Below, piece by piece: positions 17,607 through 26,667 of a stretch of 33,584 bases of DNA. The DNA comes from Gammaproteobacteria bacterium (GTDB lineage: Bacteria; Pseudomonadota; Gammaproteobacteria; UBA4575). How positions within the stretch are numbered: the stretch's first letter is position 1; each line of letters opens with the position of its first letter. Under the pieces are notes generated by a model. The model was not told the origin of the DNA. It did not search any database and saw nothing but the letters and a program-made list of their open reading frames with translations. Location of the stretch: NCBI GenBank assembly GCA_028281205.1, contig JANQKJ010000272.1, positions 1 through 33,584 on the forward strand. Reading direction: 5' to 3'. The position numbers were made by a program, and so were the translations under genes.

Positions 17607-17659
17607 CTGAGAATTCGCAATGAAGTGAAGCTCAGAAATACGGTTAAGACAACGACGTC
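17607..17659 (+). promoter_or_regulatory. Candidate ANTAR (NasT) dual-hairpin element in the nas-operon leader
   Basis: P1 (17607-17635) is CUGAG-aa-UUCGC-AAUGAA-GUGAA-g-CUCAG, with a hexaloop having A1/G4. P2 (17648-17659) is aGAC-AACGAC-GUCa. The P2 loop and 3' arm form the terminator's 5' arm. Confidence 0.6.
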
Positions 17660-17702
17660 AGATTGTTCATTGGAAAATGAGCGATGTGCGTCGTTTTTTT
17701 TT
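17651..17702 (+). terminator. Leader intrinsic terminator (attenuator) upstream of the nrtA-like gene
   Basis: AACGACG (17651-57) pairs with CGTCGTT (17689-95). An internal helix forms between GTTCAT and ATGAGC. A run of nine T follows (17694-17702). The element lies 83 nt upstream of the ATG at 17785. Confidence 0.65.
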
Positions 17703-17784
17703 GCGCATGATTTAGTAAACGATGCTTACGTTTATTATTTGATCGCAAGCTGAATTATAACTAATAAGGTTCATCAATTTTAAG

Positions 17785-19203
17785 ATGAAAAAGAAAGAAC
17801 TTAATATAAATAAATCATTTGTCAGTTCGCGAAGAGAATTTATTAAAACTTCAATGGGTGTTGCTGGCGTTGGTTCTTTGCTGGGTATATCGGAGCTGGG
17901 TTATGGGTCAACACAAAGCAGGGGAAATAACATGCTAGAAAAAACCAACATTGATCTAGGATTTATACCGTTAAACGATTGCGCAAGTTTGGTGATCGCA
18001 AAAGAAAAATCCTATTTTGAAAAGCACGGTTTATCTGTCACTTTAAAGAAACACTCTTCATGGAGTGGAATTCGTGACAACGTGATGCTAGGTGCTTTAG
18101 ATGGTGCACATATGCTGGCTAGTATGCCAATTGCGACAACACTCGGTATCGGCACTGTAAAAAAAGCAACTATTACACCGTTTACGATGGCGTTAAATGG
18201 TAATGGTATTACAGTTTCACACGAATTATATGCGCGCATGCTGGAAGCTGATCCGGTAGCCATGCAAGAAAAACCTGTAACGGCTAAAGCACTTAAAAAA
18301 GTAATCGATGAAGATAAGGCTAAAGGCAGACCGCAAATGACATTTGCTACTGTTTTTCCAGTGTCTACTCATAATTATGAATTACGCTACTGGATGGCAG
18401 CGGCTGGCATTGACCCAGACAAAGATATTCGTCTGACTGTGATCCCCCCTTCATACATAGTTGAAAACTTAGAAGCGAGGACAATCGTTGGATGCTGTGT
18501 GGGCGAGCCTTGGAATGCTGTGGCGGTGAATGAAGGTGTGGGTAGGACGTTAATAACTAAGTATGAATTATGGAACAACAGCCCTGAAAAAGTGTTTGGT
18601 GTTAATCAGGAATGGGCTGAGAAACACCCCAATACATTGAATGCGATTTTAAAAGCGCTAATAGAGGCATCTATTTGGTTAGATGATTCTGAAAATAGAC
18701 TGCAAGCGGCACAAATCCTTGCTCAAGAAAACTATGTTAATGCACCGTTAGATGTAATGAAAATGTCTATGACCGGGACGTTTCAATATGCACGTCATTT
18801 ATCACCAGAGCCAATGCATGACTTTAATGTTTTTCATCGTTATTCAGCTAACTACCCATGGGCGAGTCATGCGCAGTGGTTTATTAGCCAAATGTTGCGA
18901 TGGGGGCAAATTGAAAGTCCTTTATCAATTTCCGAGTTAGCCGCAAGTGTGTATCGCCCTGATCTCTATGCGCGTGCAGCAAGTGAATTGAATATCAATA
19001 TTCCAAGCTCAATGGTCAAGCAGGAAGGTATACATGATAGCAGTTGGCAACTTTCCGAAGCAGGCAGTGGAATCATGATGGGGCCGGATAAGTTTTTTGA
19101 TCAGCGGGTTTTTAATCCAGCTCAAGTGGTGGACTACATTTACGATTTTGCTATTTCTGCTCCGCGTATGACTAAAGATGAATTAAATATAGTTAATTCA
19201 TAA
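17785..19203 (+). CDS. NrtA/NasS-family nitrate/nitrite-binding protein, the paralog in the nasS position, with a Tat-like signal
   Basis: NrtA-family blocks are shared with the 26747 paralog ([33 protein letters not shown]). The N-terminus SRREFIKTSMGVAGVGSLLGI matches the Tat consensus S/T-R-R-x-F-L-K. An in-frame internal ATG at 17932 is preceded by AGGGGA. Confidence 0.85.
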   Translation: MKKKELNINKSFVSSRREFIKTSMGVAGVGSLLGISELGYGSTQSRGNNMLEKTNIDLGFIPLNDCASLVIAKEKSYFEKHGLSVTLKKHSSWSGIRDNVMLGALDGAHMLASMPIATTLGIGTVKKATITPFTMALNGNGITVSHELYARMLEADPVAMQEKPVTAKALKKVIDEDKAKGRPQMTFATVFPVSTHNYELRYWMAAAGIDPDKDIRLTVIPPSYIVENLEARTIVGCCVGEPWNAVAVNEGVGRTLITKYELWNNSPEKVFGVNQEWAEKHPNTLNAILKALIEASIWLDDSENRLQAAQILAQENYVNAPLDVMKMSMTGTFQYARHLSPEPMHDFNVFHRYSANYPWASHAQWFISQMLRWGQIESPLSISELAASVYRPDLYARAASELNINIPSSMVKQEGIHDSSWQLSEAGSGIMMGPDKFFDQRVFNPAQVVDYIYDFAISAPRMTKDELNIVNS

Positions 19204-19230
19204 GAAAAAGATGATGGAATAAAAACATAT

Positions 19231-21663
19231 ATGAAGAAAAAATTAGTATTAATAGGCAATGGTATGGCAGGTATAAGGACTGTCGAAGAACTGCTTAAAA
19301 TTGATGATTCACTCTATGATATTACTGTTTTTGGTTCTGAACCTTATGGTAACTACAATCGTATTATGCTTTCTCCTTTACTGGCAAGCGAGAAAACGAT
19401 TGATGAGATCATGCTTAATGATAAGGAATGGTATGCGCAAAACGATATAACTTTACGTGCTGGTGTTACTGTTGAAAATATTGATCGTATCAACAAACAA
19501 GTCAACGCAGGTAACGTAAAAGAATCATATGATCGTTTAATCATTGCCACAGGTTCTAATCCATTTATGTTGCCAGTCCCAGGTGCTGACTTAGAGGGTG
19601 TTATCGGGTTTCGGGATATCGCTGACGTAGAAAATATGTTGACGACTGCAAAAAATTATAAAAATGCAGTCATTATCGGTGGTGGTTTATTAGGCTTGGA
19701 AGCTGCAAATGGACTTATGAAACAAGGTATGCATGTTTCTGTCGTGCATCTAAGTGGTTCACTAATGAATCGTCAGCTGGATAAAGCATCTTCGTTGCTG
19801 TTGAAAACTTCATTAGAAGAGCGTGGCATGAAGTTTTACATGCAAGCAGATACCGAATGCATTTTAGGTGATGGTCATGTGCAGGAAGTTAAATTTAAAG
19901 ATGGTACTCGTATCCCTGCAGACTTGGTTGTAATGGCTGCAGGTATAAAACCCAATATTGCTCTGGCTCAACAAGCAAATATTTACTGCGATCGTGGCAT
20001 TGTTGTAACTGATACCATGCAAACCTACGATCCAAATATTTATGCAGTCGGTGAATGTGTTCAGCACCGTAATGTATGTTACGGCTTAGTAGCACCATTA
20101 TTTGATCAAGCTAAAGTATGTGCCAATCACCTTGCTCAAATTGGAACCAAACAATATGAAGGTTCAGTAATTTCTACAAAGTTAAAAGTCACTGGAATTG
20201 ATTTGTTTTCGGCTGGGCAATTTGATGAGAAAGAAGGTGACGAAACACTTATTCTGCAAGATCCATCACAAGGCGTCTATAAGAAACTAGTTATTCGTGA
20301 TAATGCGATTAAAGGTGCTGTTCTTTATGGAGACACGCTAGATGGAAGCTGGTATTTCCAATTAATGCGGGAAAAAACCGATGTTTCGGGCTTTAGAAAT
20401 AATCTTCTGTTTGGGCAGCATGATTTAGGTGACGCAGGTCATGGAGAAGAGAGTCGTGTCATAGCCATGGGAGACGATGCGGAAATATGCGGTTGTAACG
20501 GTGTATGTAAAGGCGAAATTGTTTCTGCGATTGGTGAGAAGAAGTTATTCACACTTGATGATGTTCGCTCGCATACCAAAGCCTCTTCTTCTTGTGGTTC
20601 ATGTACTGCCTTGGTTGAAGCACTGCTTGCATCGACAGTGGGTGAGGGTTATGACGCAGCACCCAGTGTGAAACCAATATGCGGGTGTACTGAATATAGT
20701 CATGACCAAATCATTGCGGCGATTAAAGAACAACAATTAAAAGATATGCGCTCCGTATTTGAATATTTGAATTGGAAAACCGACGATGGTTGTCATATAT
20801 GTCGCCCGGCAGTTAATTATTATTTGCTTGCGCGATGGCCAGGTGAATATGTAGATGATAGTCAATCACGTTTCATTAATGAGCGTGCGCATGGAAATAT
20901 ACAAAAAGATGGAACTTATTCTGTAGTGCCACGAATGTTTGGCGGTTTATGCACACCAAATGATTTGCGTGCAATTGCTGATGCATGTGACAAGTATGAC
21001 GTTCCGGAAATGAAAGTCACTGGCGGCCAGCGTATCGACATGTTCGGCGTTAAAAAAGAGGATCTTCCGTCAATGTGGAGAGATCTTTCTGAGGCGGGTT
21101 TTGTTTCTGGCCATGCCTATGGCAAAGCATTACGCACTGTTAAAACATGCGCAGGTAAAACATGGTGCCGCTTTGGAACACAGGACTCTACTGATCTTGG
21201 CGTCAAATTAGAACAACTCACATGGGGTTCTTGGATGCCACATAAATTTAAGATGGCTGTTTCTGGTTGTCCCAGAAATTGTGCTGAAGCAACTATCAAA
21301 GACTTTGGTGTCGTCTGTGTTGATTCTGGTTATGAGTTACATGTCGGGGGTAATGGCGGAATTAAAGTCAGAGTGACTGACTTTCTCGTCAAAGTAGATA
21401 CAGAAGAAGAAGTGCTCGAATACAGTGCTGCATTTGCCCAACTTTATCGTGAAGAAGCGCATTATTTAGAGCGTACTGCGCCTTGGGTTGAACGTGTTGG
21501 CCTAGCTTACATTAAACAGCAAATCTTAGAAGATGAACAAAATCGCAAAGCGTTATATGAGCGTTTTAAATATTCGCAGCAATTTGCACAGATTGACCCA
21601 TGGAAACAACGTGCTGAAGGCAAGCAACGTCATGAGTTCACGCCATTAGAATTAGTAGGATAA
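19231..21663 (+). CDS. nirB: Assimilatory NAD(P)H nitrite reductase, large subunit
   Basis: 810 aa. Contains FAD/NAD Rossmann motifs, a BFD [2Fe-2S] domain (CGCNGVCKGEI...CGSC) and a sulfite/nitrite-reductase siroheme-4Fe-4S region (TCAGKTWCRFG, SGCPRNCAEA). Confidence 0.95.
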   Translation: MKKKLVLIGNGMAGIRTVEELLKIDDSLYDITVFGSEPYGNYNRIMLSPLLASEKTIDEIMLNDKEWYAQNDITLRAGVTVENIDRINKQVNAGNVKESYDRLIIATGSNPFMLPVPGADLEGVIGFRDIADVENMLTTAKNYKNAVIIGGGLLGLEAANGLMKQGMHVSVVHLSGSLMNRQLDKASSLLLKTSLEERGMKFYMQADTECILGDGHVQEVKFKDGTRIPADLVVMAAGIKPNIALAQQANIYCDRGIVVTDTMQTYDPNIYAVGECVQHRNVCYGLVAPLFDQAKVCANHLAQIGTKQYEGSVISTKLKVTGIDLFSAGQFDEKEGDETLILQDPSQGVYKKLVIRDNAIKGAVLYGDTLDGSWYFQLMREKTDVSGFRNNLLFGQHDLGDAGHGEESRVIAMGDDAEICGCNGVCKGEIVSAIGEKKLFTLDDVRSHTKASSSCGSCTALVEALLASTVGEGYDAAPSVKPICGCTEYSHDQIIAAIKEQQLKDMRSVFEYLNWKTDDGCHICRPAVNYYLLARWPGEYVDDSQSRFINERAHGNIQKDGTYSVVPRMFGGLCTPNDLRAIADACDKYDVPEMKVTGGQRIDMFGVKKEDLPSMWRDLSEAGFVSGHAYGKALRTVKTCAGKTWCRFGTQDSTDLGVKLEQLTWGSWMPHKFKMAVSGCPRNCAEATIKDFGVVCVDSGYELHVGGNGGIKVRVTDFLVKVDTEEEVLEYSAAFAQLYREEAHYLERTAPWVERVGLAYIKQQILEDEQNRKALYERFKYSQQFAQIDPWKQRAEGKQRHEFTPLELVG

Positions 21664-21667
21664 AAAT

Positions 21668-22009
21668 ATGTTGGCAAAGAAAAAAGTCCAAGCAAGCGAA
21701 TGGATAGAAGTGGTTGCTCTAAAAGATATACCTAAATTAGGTTCAAGAGTAATAAAGACAGATGTTATGAATATTGCTGTGTTTAGAACAGCAAAAGATG
21801 AAGTATTTGCAGTTAAAGATCAATGCCCTCATAAGCAAGGGCCTTTATCACAAGGGATTGTGCATGGTTCATCAGTGACTTGCCCATTACATAATTGGAA
21901 AATCGATTTGGCTAGTGGTCAAGCATTAGGTCCCGACGAAGGGTGTACAAATATTTATCCAGTACGTGTGGAAGATGAACGCGTTTATTTAAAAGTACCG
22001 GCGGGTTAG
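21668..22009 (+). CDS. nirD: Nitrite reductase small subunit (Rieske-like fold)
   Basis: 113 aa. Contains CPHKQGPLSQG...CPLHNW. Lies 4 nt after nirB. Confidence 0.9.
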   Translation: MLAKKKVQASEWIEVVALKDIPKLGSRVIKTDVMNIAVFRTAKDEVFAVKDQCPHKQGPLSQGIVHGSSVTCPLHNWKIDLASGQALGPDEGCTNIYPVRVEDERVYLKVPAG

Positions 22010-22019
22010 AGGCAGCCGT

Positions 22020-24206
22020 ATGTTATTTGGAAGGAAGAATAAGAATCCAATTAAAATTGCAGACAAAGGTGTGGTCGAATGGAAATATGCAACCTGTGGC
22101 TACTGTTCAACGGGTTGTTCGATTGAAGTCGGTATTGATAAAAAAGGTGAAGCAGTTGCTTCCAGGGGAGTTGCTGATGCTGATGTTAACCGTGGCAAGC
22201 TATGTATTAAAGGTATATATGAGCATGAATTGTTTCGTAAAACCAGGGGTCGTGGAAATAAACCATTAATACGTGAAAATAGATGGGACGAATTTCAAGA
22301 AACAAACTGGGATACAGCATTAAGTAAAACTGCTGATGAAATAAAACGTATCCAACAGCAGTATGGCCGCGATGCTTTTTCGATTGTATCCACTGGTCAG
22401 ATAATGACGGAAGAATTTTACACTTTGGGTAAACTTGCCCGAGGCGTGATTGGTACTAATAATTACGATGGCAACACTACACTGTGTATGTCGTCAGCAG
22501 TTTCCGGTTATAAACGCTCATTTGGTTCAGATGGCCCACCTGGATGTTACGAAGACTTTGAACATACCGAATGTTTATTGGCGTTTGGATCTAATTTGCC
22601 CGAACAGCATCCAATTATCTATTGGCGCTTAATGGATGTACGTGAAAAACACAACTTTCCATTAATTGTTATTGATCCCCGTGTGACTATGTTTGCTCAG
22701 CAAGCAGACATGCATTTGGCTATAAATCCTGGAACCGACTTGGTGCTATTAAATGCTTTGGCACATGTTATTTTAGCTGAAAAACTCCATAAGCCAGAAT
22801 ATATTGAAGCATATACTCAAGGCTACCAAGAATTTGCTGAACTTGTTGCGCAATATGACCCTGTAACAGCTTCAAAAATCTGTGGCATTGATGAAGATAC
22901 TATTCGTAATGTCGCACGAGTATTTGCCAAGGCAGGAGCGGCCATGTCTATTTGGACTATGGGTATTAACCAAAGTACTCACGGTTCCGATGGTGTCGCG
23001 GCAATTAATAATTTGCATTTAATTACCGGCAATTTAGGTAAACCAGGCGCAGCTTCTTTATCAATTACCGGTCAGTGTAACGCAATGGGTACACGTGAGT
23101 GGTCATCATGTTCTGGTTTGCCGGGATATCGTTCGTTAGAGAATGAACAAGACCGAAAAGAAATATCTGAGTTTTGGGGAGTAGATCCAGAATTCTTCCC
23201 TAAAGAACGCGGCATGTTCATGACAGATATTTTACCCGCCATCGAAACTGGAGAGGTTAAAGGCCTATGGCTAATTGCCACCAACCCAATGACCTCGATG
23301 GCAAATACTGCACGTATCCGTAAGACATTAGAGAAACTTGAATTTCTCGTTGTACAAGATGCTTATCAGGACGTTGAAACTAATCAATATAGTCACGTTT
23401 TTTTGCCTGCTGCTATTTGGGCGGAAAAAGAAGGGTGTTTCACAAACACCGAAAGGCGTGTGAATATTATTCGCAATGTCTGTGAACCCTATGGAGAATC
23501 AAAAACTGATTTATGGATATTTAATCAAATGGCTAAACAATTTGAGCGCGGCCAAAATGTAATATTTCCTGAATCAGCAGAAGGTGTGTTCGAAGAGCTA
23601 AAAACATTATCTAAGGGGCGTATGTTAGATTACTCAGGTATGTCATACGAAAAAATTGAACAGTCGCGTGGCATCCAATGGCCGTGTAATGAAGAACAAT
23701 CACCTCAAGGCACGCAACGATTATACACAGATGGTGTTTTCCAAACTGCTTCCGGCAAAGCAAACTTATTAGCACTACCTTTTATTGATAATAACGAACG
23801 TCCCGATAAGGATTATCCATTTTGGTTGAATACGGGGCGGGTAGTTGAGCATTTTCATACGCGCACCCGAACTGGCAAAGTCGCGAATGGAAATAAATTC
23901 AGTCCAACACCATATATGGAAATGAATCCCGATGCTGCAGCAGAATTAAATATTCAACATGGTACTTATGCACGTTTAAGTTCGCGTCGTGGTGATGCCA
24001 TCGTTATGGTGCAGTTAACTCAACGTGTAGCAAAAGATACGGTATTTGTTCCATTTCATTTCCATGAGTGTGTGAACCGACTTGCATTAGGCTTACTAGA
24101 CCCGCATTCACGCCAACCTGCATATAAACAAAGTGCAGTACATATAGAGAGAATAGAGAACCAGCAGGACGCAGCACAAAAGAACGCTATGGCTAGGAGT
24201 TATTAA
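22020..24206 (+). CDS. nasA: Assimilatory nitrate reductase catalytic subunit (molybdopterin, NarB/NasA type), cytoplasmic
   Basis: N-terminal 4Fe-4S motif CGYCSTGCS...C. MopB-family core. The 728-aa length lacks the C-terminal 2Fe-2S extension. No twin-arginine signal is present. Confidence 0.9.
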   Translation: MLFGRKNKNPIKIADKGVVEWKYATCGYCSTGCSIEVGIDKKGEAVASRGVADADVNRGKLCIKGIYEHELFRKTRGRGNKPLIRENRWDEFQETNWDTALSKTADEIKRIQQQYGRDAFSIVSTGQIMTEEFYTLGKLARGVIGTNNYDGNTTLCMSSAVSGYKRSFGSDGPPGCYEDFEHTECLLAFGSNLPEQHPIIYWRLMDVREKHNFPLIVIDPRVTMFAQQADMHLAINPGTDLVLLNALAHVILAEKLHKPEYIEAYTQGYQEFAELVAQYDPVTASKICGIDEDTIRNVARVFAKAGAAMSIWTMGINQSTHGSDGVAAINNLHLITGNLGKPGAASLSITGQCNAMGTREWSSCSGLPGYRSLENEQDRKEISEFWGVDPEFFPKERGMFMTDILPAIETGEVKGLWLIATNPMTSMANTARIRKTLEKLEFLVVQDAYQDVETNQYSHVFLPAAIWAEKEGCFTNTERRVNIIRNVCEPYGESKTDLWIFNQMAKQFERGQNVIFPESAEGVFEELKTLSKGRMLDYSGMSYEKIEQSRGIQWPCNEEQSPQGTQRLYTDGVFQTASGKANLLALPFIDNNERPDKDYPFWLNTGRVVEHFHTRTRTGKVANGNKFSPTPYMEMNPDAAAELNIQHGTYARLSSRRGDAIVMVQLTQRVAKDTVFVPFHFHECVNRLALGLLDPHSRQPAYKQSAVHIERIENQQDAAQKNAMARSY

Positions 24207-26041
24207 TGTTTAAGTATCAACGCCCAAATGAACAAAGTTATGCATTTTTACCTCTGGTAAATCATCCTGAGAAAAATCGTTATGGGGACTCAATTGAAAC
24301 AGTACCAGAAGGACATGAACTAAGAGGTAAAAGCTTAAACATCAATAATGATGATGGTATTGGGGATAATGCTAACCGATACAAACAACATGGCTTCTAC
24401 TTTACAGCCGATAATTGTATTTCTTGTCATGCCTGTGAGGCTGCGTGCTCAGAAAAAAATGATTTGCCGTCACATATTGCGTTTCGCTCTGTTGGTTATG
24501 TTGAAGGTGGTTCTTATCCTGCTTACAGCCGGTTGAATATTTCTATGGCATGTAATCATTGTGATGATCCGGTATGTTTAAAAGGTTGTCCAACACGTGC
24601 TTATACAAAATTTGCTGAATATGGCGCAGTTTTACAAGATCCGGATATTTGTTTTGGCTGTGGTTATTGTACATGGGTATGTCCATATAATGCGCCTCAG
24701 CTTGATCAAGAAGCAGGACAAGTTGAAAAATGTAATATGTGTGTTGATCGACTTGAAGTGGGCTTAAAGCCAGCCTGTGTATCTGCATGTTTAGCAGGTG
24801 CACTAGATTTTGGTGTAATTGAAACAACGCCTGAGAATAGAACCCAATTAGAAACAACTATCCCAGGCTTTCCTAATAGTGATATCACACACCCTAATAT
24901 CCGATTTCAGCAAACTAAAAGTTTACCTAATGAAATGAAGCGTACAGATAGTATGCCCATCCGTTATGAAAAAGATTTACAAGGTGAGTATCAATCTAAA
25001 GTTGATGAAAAATCGCAAGCAATGCAGTGGAGTTTTAAAAAACTAAGTACTCGAGAAAATCCTTTAGTGGTATTTACATTGATTTCACAATTAGTAATAG
25101 GCGCATTTATTCTATTATTTATTGGACCAAAAATAGGTATTGCAACAATCACTGCCACCTCCAACCCAATAGTGTGGCCATTATTTCTGTTTGCACTTAT
25201 TAGTGTTCAAACGCTCGCGCTGGTATTATCAACCATGCATCTGGGAAAACCGCATCGTTTTTATCGTGCATTCAATAATTTGAAATACTCACCAGTCAGT
25301 CGCGAAGTTGCAGGGATTGCAGTGTTCTATAATTTTTTAGGTGCTTACACGTGTCTAACTGGCTTGCCAGTGTTGTTTACATGGCTACCTGATGCAGTGT
25401 TGTCGACGTTAGTCGTTGTTACTGGTTGGGGTGCGACTTTATCTGGTTTAGCAGCATTATATTTCATGCATGCAATCTATCGTATACCGGCACGACCTTA
25501 TTGGAATCACTGGTCAGTTTTGAATGCATTTTATGGCTCAATGTTGTCATTAGGCCCATTATTAATTGGAAGTTTGTACTTTTTAATGGCTATGTTAGTT
25601 GGTGAGAATAACTTGCAGGTGCTAAATAATATAGCGTTGATTATAGCGATAGGTATAACCATTGAGTTGCTTGGTTTATATGCACATGCTCGCTACCTAA
25701 AACATCATAGTGGTGAATCTCAAGCATCTCATTACCAGCAGATAACACAATTTGGAAAAACTTATTGGTTGCGAAATATTTTACTGTCATTGTCAGCTAT
25801 TAGTATGTTTGCTATGAGCGTAATTAATTTTGAAATAAATTTAGCCTTAATTGCTTGGTGGGCAGGCTGTATTATGATTATCATAGCAGCAGTGTTAGGA
25901 CGTAGTTTATTTTATGCGTTAGTGATACCGACGACTATGCCTGGTGCTTTCTTTTGGAAGAATAAAGGTTTTGAAGAGCATGCTCGGGAGTCGGGCTTGG
26001 CGAGTAGAACGGATGCAGGTGTTCTTATTAACGCACATTAA
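24206..26041 (+). CDS. Fusion of a four-cluster 4Fe-4S ferredoxin domain (DmsB/NrfC-like) to an 8-TM DmsC-like quinol-interacting anchor
   Basis: Cys groups CISCHACEAAC, CNHCDDPVCLKGCP, CFGCGYCTWVCP and CNMC...CVSAC. About 8 hydrophobic helices follow, with the DmsC-like motif STMHLGKPHRFYRAF...SPVSRE. The start overlaps the nasA stop (TAATG) and is preceded by AGGAG. No signal peptide. Confidence 0.8.
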   Translation: MFKYQRPNEQSYAFLPLVNHPEKNRYGDSIETVPEGHELRGKSLNINNDDGIGDNANRYKQHGFYFTADNCISCHACEAACSEKNDLPSHIAFRSVGYVEGGSYPAYSRLNISMACNHCDDPVCLKGCPTRAYTKFAEYGAVLQDPDICFGCGYCTWVCPYNAPQLDQEAGQVEKCNMCVDRLEVGLKPACVSACLAGALDFGVIETTPENRTQLETTIPGFPNSDITHPNIRFQQTKSLPNEMKRTDSMPIRYEKDLQGEYQSKVDEKSQAMQWSFKKLSTRENPLVVFTLISQLVIGAFILLFIGPKIGIATITATSNPIVWPLFLFALISVQTLALVLSTMHLGKPHRFYRAFNNLKYSPVSREVAGIAVFYNFLGAYTCLTGLPVLFTWLPDAVLSTLVVVTGWGATLSGLAALYFMHAIYRIPARPYWNHWSVLNAFYGSMLSLGPLLIGSLYFLMAMLVGENNLQVLNNIALIIAIGITIELLGLYAHARYLKHHSGESQASHYQQITQFGKTYWLRNILLSLSAISMFAMSVINFEINLALIAWWAGCIMIIIAAVLGRSLFYALVIPTTMPGAFFWKNKGFEEHARESGLASRTDAGVLINAH

Positions 26042-26063
26042 TCATGATGCCGGAATTTAATAA

Positions 26064-26432
26064 GTGCGTACACCTTATATATCATCAAAAAAATTATCTG
26101 ACATTGATAGTGAATTGGAAAAAGCTGTTTTTCTTGCTAGCTATTATTCCAAAAAACAAAAAATCCGTCGAAAACTTGCAGCAGTAATACTTTTATTTAA
26201 ACATGGTTTAAGAGGTTTGCTATTTAGTTGGCCACTATATTTATTGCCATTTTCAGTATTAGCAATGCCTGAACAGTTTAAATATTTATTTATCCTGTTT
26301 TTGTCACCAGGTTTATATGTGTCATTCATTATTTTAAAAAAAGGTATTTTAGAAGATTATTCGAATTTTGTTGCTGGTCATTTGTTAAATGATGGTTATC
26401 AACATATGTTGTTATTTGCGAAACAACTTTAG
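26064..26432 (+). CDS. Hypothetical small membrane protein
   Basis: GTG-initiated 122-aa ORF with 2-3 hydrophobic segments. It has no recognisable family or clear SD, so coding status is uncertain. Confidence 0.3.
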   Translation: MRTPYISSKKLSDIDSELEKAVFLASYYSKKQKIRRKLAAVILLFKHGLRGLLFSWPLYLLPFSVLAMPEQFKYLFILFLSPGLYVSFIILKKGILEDYSNFVAGHLLNDGYQHMLLFAKQL

Positions 26433-26467
26433 GAATTCTAACTGCTACAAAATAATAGATTGTTTAC

Positions 26468-26492
26468 GGTGCATCTAAAATAAACTTGCACC
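26468..26492 (+). promoter_or_regulatory. Inverted repeat GGTGCA-N13-TGCACC, a candidate NtrC-type enhancer
   Basis: Perfect 6-bp inverted half-sites that match NtrC consensus halves. The repeat ends 83 nt upstream of the sigma-54 promoter at 26575. Confidence 0.4.
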
Positions 26493-26574
26493 ATATAGAG
26501 GCATAATACTAGGTGAGAAAATGCTCTGTTAAATAATACTCAGTTAAAACAGTATGTTACATAAGTATGATACT

Positions 26575-26590
26575 TGGCAAGATATTTGCT
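26575..26590 (+). promoter_or_regulatory. Sigma-54 (-24/-12) promoter for nrtABD
   Basis: TGGCAAGATATTTGCT has GG and GC at canonical spacing and an intact TTGC -12 element. Confidence 0.7.
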
Positions 26591-26627
26591 GAGTGTAAAG
26601 TAAGTTTAGAATTTTTAATTAATTGCA

Positions 26628-26667
26628 ATCACCAACGAAGGTGATCAGCAAAACAGACAGAGGTGTC
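26628..26667 (+). promoter_or_regulatory. Candidate ANTAR (NasT) dual-hairpin element in the nrt-operon leader
   Basis: P1 (26628-26645) is AUCACC-AACGAA-GGUGAU, a perfect 6-bp stem with a hexaloop having A1/G4. P2 (26656-26667) is aGAC-AGAGGU-GUCa, which overlaps the terminator's 5' arm. Confidence 0.6.

Noticed and set aside
22027-22632. Alternative-frame ORFs inside nasA (22027-22269, 22450-22632), and similar ones inside nirB and the dmsBC-like gene
   Set aside because: They lie within strongly supported coding regions and have no family resemblance.
22020-26041. Interpreting nasA plus the FeS-membrane fusion as a respiratory Nap or Nar system
   Set aside because: The catalytic subunit has no twin-arginine signal, and no napB, napC or narH/narI-like genes are present. 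The genes sit in an operon with nirBD under a NasT/sigma-54 leader. This is an assimilatory context, although the electron-donor module is unusual.
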